From positions 39,981 to 103,980 of the forward strand of contig JAQTNF010000001.1 in assembly GCA_028713995.1 (NCBI GenBank): DNA of 64,000 nt. The letters run 5' to 3'. Below are positions 1-7,626 of this stretch, in pieces. The DNA is from Deltaproteobacteria bacterium. Its GTDB lineage: Bacteria > Myxococcota_A > Polyangia > JAAYKL01. The position numbers and the translations under genes are program-made. Numbering within the stretch: the stretch's first letter is position 1; the number at the start of each line of letters is the position of its first letter. The notes under the pieces are model-generated. The model was not told the DNA's origin. It did no database searches and worked only from the letters and a program-made list of their open reading frames with translations.

Positions 1-1037
1 ACCTGCCCGCCGGCCTCGATGAAATCCCGGCCGAGGCGCTCGCCGTCGCTCCCGAGCTCGACCCGGCCGCCTTCGGCGACAAGCTCGCCGCCATGCGCCG
101 CATGACCGCAACGAACCTGGCCCGGATCGCGACCGCCATCCGCGCCATCCTGGAGGTGGTCCTCTTCTCGGGCGCCTCGGCCCACGTGACGAGCGAGATG
201 CACATCGCGGCCATCCGCGAGTCGTACCGCGACATCATGGAGAAGAACCGCAAGCTGGAGGAGATGAACGAGCGCATGAAGGAGTTCGACCGGCTGCGCT
301 CGAGCTTCCTCGCCACGGTGAGCCATGAGCTGCGCACGCCGCTCACGTCCATCATCGGCTACAGCGACATGCTGGCCGAGGGCATCGCGGGCGAGCTCCT
401 CGCCGAGCAGAAGCAGTTCGTCGAGACCATCAAGGCCAAGGGCGACGAGCTCCTGAAGCTCATCGGCGCCATCCTCGATTTCTCGCAGATCGACACGGGC
501 CACATCACCTTGCAGTCGACCGAGGTCGATCCGGCCGAGCTCGTGCGCGCGGCCGTGGGGCGCAAGCAGCACCTGGCGGACCGGCGGGGGGTCCAGCTCT
601 CCGTCGACCTGCCCGCGGACCTGCCCGTCGTGAGCCTCGACCCGGACATCATCGGGAAGGCGCTCGAGAACCTGGTCGAGAACGCCGTCAAGTTCTCGCT
701 GCCGGGCGGCGTGGTGCGCGTCTCGGCCCGCATCGCGCCCGCGGACAGCGCGGACGGGGCCGAGGACGGCTTCGGCTTCGTGCTCATGGCCCGGCCCGAC
801 ATGCTCGAGATCAACGTGGAGGACCACGGCATCGGCGTCCCGGACGCCGACCAGGAACGCATCTTCGCGCCGTTCACCCAGGCCGACAACTCCTCGACCC
901 GCGAGCACGGCGGCGCGGGGTTGGGGCTCGCCATCGTCAAGCACTACGTCGAGGCCCACGGCGGGCGCGTCCACGTGCGCAGCCACGTGAACGAGGGCAG
1001 CGCGTTCTCCATACGCCTGCCGGTCGTTCGCGACTGA
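1..1037 (+). CDS. sensor histidine kinase, 5'-truncated by the window edge (HisKA and HATPase_c domains only)
   Basis: HisKA H-box 'SHELRTPLTSIIGYSDML'. G-box 'GGAGLGLAIVKHYVEAHGGRVHV' with N and G1/G2 motifs. The reading frame is open back to nt 3 with no stop, so the sensor domain must lie upstream of the window. Confidence 0.8.
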   Translation, partial: LPAGLDEIPAEALAVAPELDPAAFGDKLAAMRRMTATNLARIATAIRAILEVVLFSGASAHVTSEMHIAAIRESYRDIMEKNRKLEEMNERMKEFDRLRSSFLATVSHELRTPLTSIIGYSDMLAEGIAGELLAEQKQFVETIKAKGDELLKLIGAILDFSQIDTGHITLQSTEVDPAELVRAAVGRKQHLADRRGVQLSVDLPADLPVVSLDPDIIGKALENLVENAVKFSLPGGVVRVSARIAPADSADGAEDGFGFVLMARPDMLEINVEDHGIGVPDADQERIFAPFTQADNSSTREHGGAGLGLAIVKHYVEAHGGRVHVRSHVNEGSAFSIRLPVVRD

Positions 1038-1929
1038 CGGAGAGCTGCGCTATCGTTGTGGCGGCGAGCGCTTCGATACTGATCCCCCCTCCCTGGGAGA
1101 TCAGCGCCACGCTCCTGCCCCCGTGGCCGCGCGTGACCGCGACCTCGCCGCCGGGCCGCTCCTCGACGCTCGCCGACAGGGCGGGATCGACCGACAGGCT
1201 CCCGCCGTCCGGATGGCAGATGATCTCGAAGTCGCCGCCGCTTTCGATGGCGAACGTGATGCTGCTTCCCGACGTGGTGACGCGGATCGTCCCCTCGCCG
1301 CCGCCGAGCGAGGCCACGTCCGCGGCGCCGCCCGCGTCGATGTCCATGCCGCCGTGGGATTCGACCGAGACGTCGCCGCCCGTCCGCACCGTGACGCCGC
1401 CGTACGCGACGGACTCCACGGCCACGTCGCCCGTGTCCGAGACCGCGACCACGTCGCCTTCGGCTCCTTTGACCGAGATGTCGCCCGAGCCGGTTTCGAG
1501 GTCGAGGTCGCCCTCCACGCCGGACACCGCGAGATCGCCGTAGCCGGTGTCGATGGTGAGTCTCGCGCCGCGCGGCACCTTCGAGCCGCGGTCGAGCACC
1601 AGGTCCACGAGCCCGACGCGGGAGGCGGGCGGCTCGAAGGACAGGATCAGCTCGGCCGGGCCCCGCGCGGCGGTGAGGACGGCGTAGTCGAGGTTGGCCC
1701 GGGCCTTGGCCGGGGAGGCGCCCACGGCCGACGAGATCCCGCGCATGGCGACCCGGTGCGCGTCCCAGCCCGAGATGGCCACGTCGCCCGCGAGCCCCGT
1801 GATCGTGAGCTCGCCGCTCTCGCCGAGATCGAAGCTCTCGTCGTAGGCGCCCTCGGTCCGGAACTGGACCGTGCACGCCGCGGCGAGCAATGCGACCGTG
1901 GGGATCGCGCGGGCCCTCAGTGGTACCAT
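937..1929 (-). CDS. DUF4097-type lipoprotein (LiaG-like putative adhesin with beta-strand repeats)
   Basis: Lipoprotein signal 'MVPLRARAIPTVALLAAAC'. Repeated GDVAV/GDISV/GDVSV beta-strand motifs typical of DUF4097. The ATG overlaps the upstream caspase-gene stop by 11 nt. Only the N-terminal 330 aa of the 889-aa ORF-track entry look real; the rest is an Arg/Gly artefact. Confidence 0.7.
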   Translation of the reverse strand: MVPLRARAIPTVALLAAACTVQFRTEGAYDESFDLGESGELTITGLAGDVAISGWDAHRVAMRGISSAVGASPAKARANLDYAVLTAARGPAELILSFEPPASRVGLVDLVLDRGSKVPRGARLTIDTGYGDLAVSGVEGDLDLETGSGDISVKGAEGDVVAVSDTGDVAVESVAYGGVTVRTGGDVSVESHGGMDIDAGGAADVASLGGGEGTIRVTTSGSSITFAIESGGDFEIICHPDGGSLSVDPALSASVEERPGGEVAVTRGHGGRSVALISQGGGISIEALAATTIAQLSVSRERPAGVWRTRCPRSRGCARGRARRGPRRSA

Positions 1930-3950
1930 GTGAGCCCTCCTACGTACTCCACCGAGAATGCGGTGGGAGCCACCTCGGCGCCGTACGTCCGCCGCGTGCC
2001 GATCGCGACGCCGGCCCGGCCGCCGAAGTCGAGCGACCAGGCGCGCGCCGGGAAGTAGTGCAGCCCGGCCGCGACGTATGGATAGAGCGCCCATCCCACG
2101 TCGCCCGCGTCTTCGCCCTGCCCCGCGCGCGCGGTCTGCACCTCGCACCCGAGCCCCGCGCCCGCGGACCACATGAGGTTCTTGAGGGCGAGGCCGCGGC
2201 CGCGCAGCTCGGGCCCCAGCTTGACCGTGGCGAAGTCCGCGTCCCAATTCACGGACAGGTTGCGCAGGCCGATCACCACGTTGCGGTGCGGCGCGAGGCC
2301 GAGGCCGAGGCCGCCGTCCACGCTCATCGCCATGGTGGTGGGCGTGCGCACGAGGGACGGGGCCAGGCTCAAGCCCACGTCGACGAACATGGCGTCGAGA
2401 TCCGGCGCGCCCGGTCCGCCCCGCGTGTTCGAATAGAACGCGTCGATGGCCGCGTAGCCGTAAGTGTAGAACGCGAGCCCGCCGAGCGCGGTCGCGCCGC
2501 CGAGCTTGGCGCCCGCAACCGGATCCGAGTCCGTTGAGCGCACGCTTCGTCCCACCAGCACGGCCCCGACCAGGGACCCCACGGTCAGCCCGAGCAGGAG
2601 CGCGCCGTCCGCGTAACGCTTGCCGATGAGCTGTGGCACGCCCGGCGCCACGAGCGAGATGCCCAAGGCCGCGGGAGGCACGAGCAGGGCGCCCTTGCGC
2701 CGCGCAAGGGAGGGTCCCTCGTCGACCCCGGCGGGGGCCGCCGACGGCTGCGGTCCCGGGTCCGCCTTTGCGGGCGCGATCGGAGAAGCCGCACGATCGT
2801 TCGCGCCGTTCCACCGCGCGCCCGGGCCCAGGGGGATCTCGGTGAGCGGCCGGACGTGCGCGCTCACGACCGGGACCGCGACCGGCTCGGGTGCGCCCTT
2901 GGCGGTCGCCACGACCATGGGGACGTCGATGAAGTCCGACGGGCCGAGAGTGATCGAATCCCCGTCCCTGAGCCTCGCCTCCGCGGCGTGCAGGCCGGTC
3001 GTCGTGCGCAGCCGGACGTTGTAAGAGCCGGGCGCGAGGGCCACGGCGAGCGCGGCGCCCTTCGCCTTCTCGACCTCGGCCTCGATGCGGCCCGAGGTGC
3101 CCGTGATGAGGACCGTGCCCTCGAGATCGGAAGCGAGATCGATGCGCGCCCGCGTGGCCGACGGGGATGTGAGATCCACGTCGCCCTCGCCCTGCAGCGC
3201 GTACAGGAACGTGGGATGCTGCGGGCCGGATGCGGTGCCCTCGGTCTCCTGCACGGTGAAACGGTAGGCGTACTCGTAGGCCTCGGACACGGACACGCGG
3301 CCGTCGCCGCCCGTGTCGGCCGGCCCGCGCAGGCCGGAGATGAGGTGGTGGCTGAAGAACGACGAGCCGAGCGCGTCGGATTCCTGGGCGTTCTCGATCG
3401 CCGCGGCCGAGGTGAGGATGACCATGCCGCGCGCGCGCACGGGCTGCTCCTCGAGGAACGGCGAGACGACGCGCCCTCCCTTCTGGCGCGTGATCTCCCC
3501 GGACTGGCAGGCGTCGATGATGACCACGCGCACCTTGGCAGGCGTCTGTTCGAGGCGCCGCTTCAGCTCCTCGAGGGCGAGCCCGCGGCCACCGAGGCGC
3601 AGCCACCCCGAGTCCGCGTGCCCGGAGTAGTAGAACACGAGCACCGCATCGCCGCCCGCCGCGTTGATGCGCGCCGCCATGTCGTCGAGGGCCGAGCGCA
3701 CCGCGTCCGGGCCCTCACCGAGGAGCAGCGTCATGTTCTCGCGCGCCACCCCGCCGATCTCGACGAGCAGGTCGGCCATGCGCTCCGCGTCGCGCTCCGC
3801 GTACCTGAGCGGCTCCGAGCGCGGCAGCCCCAGGTTGTTGCCCACGACGACCGCGAACCTCCGGCCGGACGCGGTCTCCTCGGCGCGCGCCCCTGCACCG
3901 GCGGTCGCGAGCAATGCGAATAGGAGGGCCGTGGGCGCGAGACGTTTCAC
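1917..3950 (-). CDS. secreted caspase-family (peptidase C14, orthocaspase/metacaspase-like) protein with a hydrophobic, Gly-rich C-terminal region
   Basis: Signal peptide after a GTG start with RBS AGAGGTGAGC. His-Cys catalytic dyad context 'VLVFYYSGHAD' ... 'VRVVIIDACQSGE' as in metacaspase/orthocaspase C14 domains. Two hydrophobic segments near aa 420-470. The C-terminal ~200 aa are Gly/aromatic-rich and end in 'GGLTWYH', which looks like an outer-membrane beta-barrel terminus. Confidence 0.75.
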   Translation of the reverse strand: MKRLAPTALLFALLATAGAGARAEETASGRRFAVVVGNNLGLPRSEPLRYAERDAERMADLLVEIGGVARENMTLLLGEGPDAVRSALDDMAARINAAGGDAVLVFYYSGHADSGWLRLGGRGLALEELKRRLEQTPAKVRVVIIDACQSGEITRQKGGRVVSPFLEEQPVRARGMVILTSAAAIENAQESDALGSSFFSHHLISGLRGPADTGGDGRVSVSEAYEYAYRFTVQETEGTASGPQHPTFLYALQGEGDVDLTSPSATRARIDLASDLEGTVLITGTSGRIEAEVEKAKGAALAVALAPGSYNVRLRTTTGLHAAEARLRDGDSITLGPSDFIDVPMVVATAKGAPEPVAVPVVSAHVRPLTEIPLGPGARWNGANDRAASPIAPAKADPGPQPSAAPAGVDEGPSLARRKGALLVPPAALGISLVAPGVPQLIGKRYADGALLLGLTVGSLVGAVLVGRSVRSTDSDPVAGAKLGGATALGGLAFYTYGYAAIDAFYSNTRGGPGAPDLDAMFVDVGLSLAPSLVRTPTTMAMSVDGGLGLGLAPHRNVVIGLRNLSVNWDADFATVKLGPELRGRGLALKNLMWSAGAGLGCEVQTARAGQGEDAGDVGWALYPYVAAGLHYFPARAWSLDFGGRAGVAIGTRRTYGAEVAPTAFSVEYVGGLTWYH

Positions 3951-3952
3951 GC

Positions 3953-4786
3953 TCACCTCTTGCGGATCCAGAAAGTCGCCTGCTCGCACGGGAGGGGCAG
4001 CGTCCCTGTTCGCAACGCGCCCGGCCCTCTCCCGGCCAGGCTGCGGGCCGCGCGCTCCACGGCCTGCGCGTCTCCGGCCGCGTCGCCCACGCACAGGAAG
4101 AACCTCTCGAACGACGGGGCGTCGTCGAGGACCACGCTCGCGTCGATGAGCCGGCCCCGCCCCTCGCGCAGCGTGACCGCGCCCGAGGCGTCCGTGGGGA
4201 AATAGCGGGTGACCGCGCCGCGGCCGTCGATGCCCACGAGGACCGCGGGCGCGCTTCGCGGGGCGTCGTACCAGAACTGGATGCGATCGCCCGCGCCGAG
4301 CACGTCGCCGCTCTCGCCCATCTCGCCGCCTCGCGCGCCCTGCCTGTAAAAGCCGAGCCTGAATCCGCCTCGGACGGCCGCTCCATCCTGCGCGCGCCCG
4401 AGCGACGAGGCGCTGCCCATGACGCGCGTCTGGGTGCGCCGCGCCTCCTTGTCGAAGGCCGCCACATACTCCCCGCGCCCGGATCCGGCGAGCCCGGGCA
4501 GCACGAACGCGAGCGCGACCGCTGCGGCCACGGCCACGGGCGCCGCGACGAGGACGAGCCGCGCCCACGGTCTTCGACGCGGCGCGATCCACAGGGCCCG
4601 CACCTTCTCGGGCACGGGGCGCAAGGGGAAGGCCGCCTCATCGGCTCGGGCCTCGGCCAGGGCGGCACGGCACGCGTCGCACTCCAGGGCGGCGGCCTCG
4701 ACCGCCTCGCGGGCAGGTCCCTCAAGCTCGCGGAGCAGGTAGCGCTCGATCGCGATCTGGTTGAGGCACCTGTGGTTCGAGGTCAT
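3953..4786 (-). CDS. membrane-spanning anti-sigma factor (ZAS-like H-x3-C ... C-x2-C N-terminus, one TM helix, periplasmic domain)
   Basis: N-terminus 'MTSNHRCLNQ...ECDACRAAL' gives H/C plus CxxC zinc-binding residues. TM segment 'ARLVLVAAPVAVAAAVALAFVLPGLAG'. The ATG overlaps the sigma-factor stop (ATGA). The stop lies 2 nt from the caspase GTG start. Confidence 0.7.
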   Translation of the reverse strand: MTSNHRCLNQIAIERYLLRELEGPAREAVEAAALECDACRAALAEARADEAAFPLRPVPEKVRALWIAPRRRPWARLVLVAAPVAVAAAVALAFVLPGLAGSGRGEYVAAFDKEARRTQTRVMGSASSLGRAQDGAAVRGGFRLGFYRQGARGGEMGESGDVLGAGDRIQFWYDAPRSAPAVLVGIDGRGAVTRYFPTDASGAVTLREGRGRLIDASVVLDDAPSFERFFLCVGDAAGDAQAVERAARSLAGRGPGALRTGTLPLPCEQATFWIRKR

Positions 4787-5373
4787 GACCGCACCTTGAG
4801 CAGCGCGAGGGCGCGCTTGTGCGCCTTCGACTTGAACTTGCCCATGCGCTTGCGCACGAGCGCCACCGAGCACCCCGTCACCTCCGCGATCTCCTCGTAG
4901 GTCATACCCTCGACCACGCCGTACAGCACGGTCTCGCGCGTGGCCCCGTCGAAGCCCAGGAGCACCCTCAGCACGAGGTCCCGCGGCCACGCCTCCACCG
5001 GCTCCGAGACCGCCGCCGGCTCGAACGCCTGCTGCTCGAGGCGGTCGCGGTTCCTCTTGTCGCGGATGCGGTTCAGGCTCACGTTGGTGGCGATGCGGTA
5101 GAGCCACGTGGCCGGGGAAGCCTGGCCGCGGAAACGCTCCATGGAGCGCACGACCCGCATGAACACGTCCTGCGCCGCGTCGTCCGCCTCGGCCTCGATC
5201 CCGAGGATCCGCAGACAGCGCCTGTGCACCATGCCGCCGTATTTCCTGTAGACATCCTCGATATCGAGCTCGGCCACGGTCGTCGCCCTCTCCTTGAGGA
5301 CCGGAGCATCCACCGGGCCCGTCACGGCAGTCAAGCCCCGGCCTTGTCCGGCCATGGCGAAGCAGGTCATCAT
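4783..5373 (-). CDS. ECF (group IV) sigma-70 family RNA polymerase sigma factor
   Basis: Region 2 'DVYRKYGGMVHRRCLRILG...AQDVFMRVVRSMERFRG...SPATWLYRIATNVSLNRIRDKR'. Region 4 HTH 'EGMTYEEIAEVTGCSVALVRKRM'. Start chosen at 'MMTCFAMAG' with a GGAGG 9 nt upstream. Confidence 0.85.
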   Translation of the reverse strand: MMTCFAMAGQGRGLTAVTGPVDAPVLKERATTVAELDIEDVYRKYGGMVHRRCLRILGIEAEADDAAQDVFMRVVRSMERFRGQASPATWLYRIATNVSLNRIRDKRNRDRLEQQAFEPAAVSEPVEAWPRDLVLRVLLGFDGATRETVLYGVVEGMTYEEIAEVTGCSVALVRKRMGKFKSKAHKRALALLKVRS

Positions 5374-5429
5374 TGCGGCACGCCTCCGACATCTTGGACC
5401 CGCGGGCTCGGAAAAAGCTGTGGGAAAAA

Positions 5430-5458
5430 TAGGTCCTATGGGACCAATGGGTCCTATG
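5430..5458. promoter_or_regulatory. repeat motif in the divergent promoter region: direct repeat T(A/G)GGTCCTATG x2, 18 nt apart, with an embedded inverted repeat GGTCC-TATG-GGACC
   Basis: Read directly: 'taggtcctatgggaccaatgggtcctatg' between the divergently transcribed ECF sigma gene and the 5486 gene. The ORF-track 'GPMGPMGPM' translation across it is a spurious artefact of the repeat. Confidence 0.3.
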
Positions 5459-5485
5459 TTAGTCTTTCTCATTCCGGGAGGCTCC

Positions 5486-6106
5486 ATGGCCGAGGAAACC
5501 AGCGGCATCATGACCGGCGTCACGCGCGTCACCAAGGAGAAGGAGACGGGCGAGCACCCCATGATGAGCTACACTGCCGTGACGACCCACAGGTCCATGG
5601 CCCAGGCCTTCGTGGGGGAGCTCCTGCGAGTGGCGCGGCGGATCATGCCCGATCACGAGCTGTCCATCGAGGACCTCGTGTCCGTCTGCCATGTGGCCCT
5701 CGACACGCGCGAGCACGGCGTGGTCATGCTCGAGGGCAAGCACCTGCGCGGACGGGTCGCCGAGCAGATCTCGCGCGCCGACCGCTACCAGGAGACGTTC
5801 AGCGTCCAGGTCATCGGCTGGGACAAGGAGAGCGGCAAGGTCGACTACGACTCCGTGGTCGACACCCTGTGCGAGCGCCTGCGCAAGACCGACCTCATGT
5901 TCCTCTTCAAGTCCCGCCTCGTACTGCTTCTGCCCCACACGGGCGCCGAGGCCAGCGCCAGGCTCGCGGACCGCATACGCCGCCTGATCGAGGTCGCGTT
6001 CGCCAACCCCAACGATATCGTCATCGACCGGCTGACCTACCCCTCGCCGGAAATCGCCCGGGCGAGCGAGGTGCTCGATTGGGTCGAGGACAAGATACGC
6101 TCCTGA
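5486..6106 (+). CDS. hypothetical protein with a degenerate GGDEF-like domain (no GG[DE]EF motif)
   Basis: RBS GGGAGG before the ATG. The C-terminal 'KTDLMFLFKSRLVLLLPHTGAEASARLADRIRRLIE' resembles the GGDEF-domain tail 'RYGGEEFvvLLPetd..A..vAErIR', but the GGEEF site is replaced by LFKSR. The stop overlaps the next ATG (TGATG). Confidence 0.45.
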   Translation: MAEETSGIMTGVTRVTKEKETGEHPMMSYTAVTTHRSMAQAFVGELLRVARRIMPDHELSIEDLVSVCHVALDTREHGVVMLEGKHLRGRVAEQISRADRYQETFSVQVIGWDKESGKVDYDSVVDTLCERLRKTDLMFLFKSRLVLLLPHTGAEASARLADRIRRLIEVAFANPNDIVIDRLTYPSPEIARASEVLDWVEDKIRS

Positions 6107-7554
6107 TGCCCCCCCAAATCGCCGTCGCTCTCCTCCTTGCCGTCGCGTTCGTGGCGACCCCCGCGCGCGCCCCGGCCGGCGAGCTCATGCGCTTCGGCCC
6201 CGCGGCCGTGCCCGAGGCCCACTCCGACTACGGGGGCACGCCCGACCCGCCGGTCTCGCCCGAGATGGGCCTCTCGCCCGTGGAGATCCGCGCGATCCTC
6301 GCGCGTTTCGCCTCGACCGGTCCCGGGGAGCGCCGCCGCGCGCTCGAGGCCCTGCGGCGCGACGCGGACGGATCGGAGCGGGCCTTTCGCGAGGTGCTGT
6401 GGGGAAGGCACGGGGCCGCCAACGCCGAGATGCGCGGGGCGGTCAAGGACGCGGAGCGGCGCGCCCCGGGCTCGGGCAGGGACAAGGGCGACGCCCTCGC
6501 CGGGCTCTTGGCGTCCTCGGCCTCGGACCGCGGCACGACGACCGCCCTCGGCATCGCCGCCGTGCTGCGCGTCCTCGCCGACCTCGACACCCTGGCCGGC
6601 TACAAGGTGCTCATCGAATTCTCGCCCCGGCACGCGGGCGTCTTCCGCCGCGAGGTCGGCCGCCTCCTCGTGTCGAAAGGACTGCCGGCCATGCCGGCCC
6701 TCGTCTACGGTCGCGGCAGCAAGAACCCGGAGATCCACCTCTTCTGCGTGGAGTGGATCCGCGACATGGGCGAGCCGCTCCTCGGCGAGCAGATCAAGCT
6801 CAAGAACCCGCGGCGCCTGGCGCAGCTCCTCGAGGCCTATGCCTCGGTCAACGACCTCGACGCCATCGACGTGACCTTGTCCCTCGCCAACCACGAGTCC
6901 GTGTTCGTGCGCAACGCCGCCCGCAAGTGCATCGAGGCCTACGGAGTGAACGCCAAGTGGTCCGTGCGGCGCGAGTACGAGAACACCTTCGGACGCACCC
7001 TTCCCGACAGCGCGGACACGGTCGCCATGTTCGCCGAGCTGTGCCGCCGCTGGGACGAGAAGCGCCTGTCCGGCCCGGCCGAGATATTCGCGCGCGGTCT
7101 CGCGCAGCGGGCGGCCGGCAGGCTCGACGAGATGGCCAAGGACTTCAGGCTCGTGCTGCGCGACGCGCCGCTGTTCGCACGTCGCGGCGAGATGGCCGAG
7201 GGCTTCCTGTCCCATGCCGCGGCCCTCGACGCCGCGGGGCGCACCCGCGAGGCGCGCGAGGCGATCCTCGTCGCGAGGCGCGTGGCGCCCGCGGGCTCCC
7301 CGGAGTGGCGCAAGGCCGAGGCCCGCCTGAAGTGGCTCCTCGCGGAGCAGATGCGCGCGGCCGGCGCGGCCTCGCCCGAGCTGTACCGCCAGGTCCTGGC
7401 CCTCGATCCGGGCCTCGAGGACGCCGCGTCGCGGCTCGCCCGCCTCACCGGCGCGAAGCCGAGGCCCGCGGACGTCGCGATCAAGGGCGCCTTTGTCGCG
7501 GTCTTCGTGTTCCTCGCCGCGCTCCTCGTCGTGCGGCGCCTGGGCGCGCCTTAG
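6106..7554 (+). CDS. hypothetical secreted alpha-helical protein with a C-terminal transmembrane anchor
   Basis: Signal peptide 'MPPQIAVALLLAVAFVATPARA'. C-terminal TM 'IKGAFVAVFVFLAALLVVRRL'. Normal codon usage. The antisense ORF 6037..7617 is rejected. Confidence 0.55.
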   Translation: MPPQIAVALLLAVAFVATPARAPAGELMRFGPAAVPEAHSDYGGTPDPPVSPEMGLSPVEIRAILARFASTGPGERRRALEALRRDADGSERAFREVLWGRHGAANAEMRGAVKDAERRAPGSGRDKGDALAGLLASSASDRGTTTALGIAAVLRVLADLDTLAGYKVLIEFSPRHAGVFRREVGRLLVSKGLPAMPALVYGRGSKNPEIHLFCVEWIRDMGEPLLGEQIKLKNPRRLAQLLEAYASVNDLDAIDVTLSLANHESVFVRNAARKCIEAYGVNAKWSVRREYENTFGRTLPDSADTVAMFAELCRRWDEKRLSGPAEIFARGLAQRAAGRLDEMAKDFRLVLRDAPLFARRGEMAEGFLSHAAALDAAGRTREAREAILVARRVAPAGSPEWRKAEARLKWLLAEQMRAAGAASPELYRQVLALDPGLEDAASRLARLTGAKPRPADVAIKGAFVAVFVFLAALLVVRRLGAP

Positions 7555-7626
7555 GGACTGGCAGGCTCCTTGCTTCCCGACTCCCCATGGGGCAGGCTGT
7601 ACCCGTTTTCGCCCCAAGGAGACCTC

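Noticed and set aside
937-3606. 889-aa minus-strand ORF (and the overlapping 944..1876 and 1123..2058 ORFs)
   Set aside because: Only the C-terminal 330 aa (937..1929) look like a protein. The upstream roughly 560 codons translate to Arg/Gly/Pro/His low-complexity typical of off-frame high-GC DNA, and they overlap the well-supported caspase gene in another frame.
4819-6105. N-terminal 429 codons of the 911-aa plus-strand ORF; also 5079..5309 and 5459..5938
   Set aside because: Arg/His/Gly-rich translation antisense to the ECF sigma gene. The real gene starts at the ATG at 6106 with a signal peptide.
6037-7617. 526-aa minus-strand ORF, plus the 6137..6874 and 6399..7958 ORFs
   Set aside because: These are antisense or alternate frames of the 6106..7554 gene, with Arg/Gly/Ala-dominated composition and no recognisable domains.
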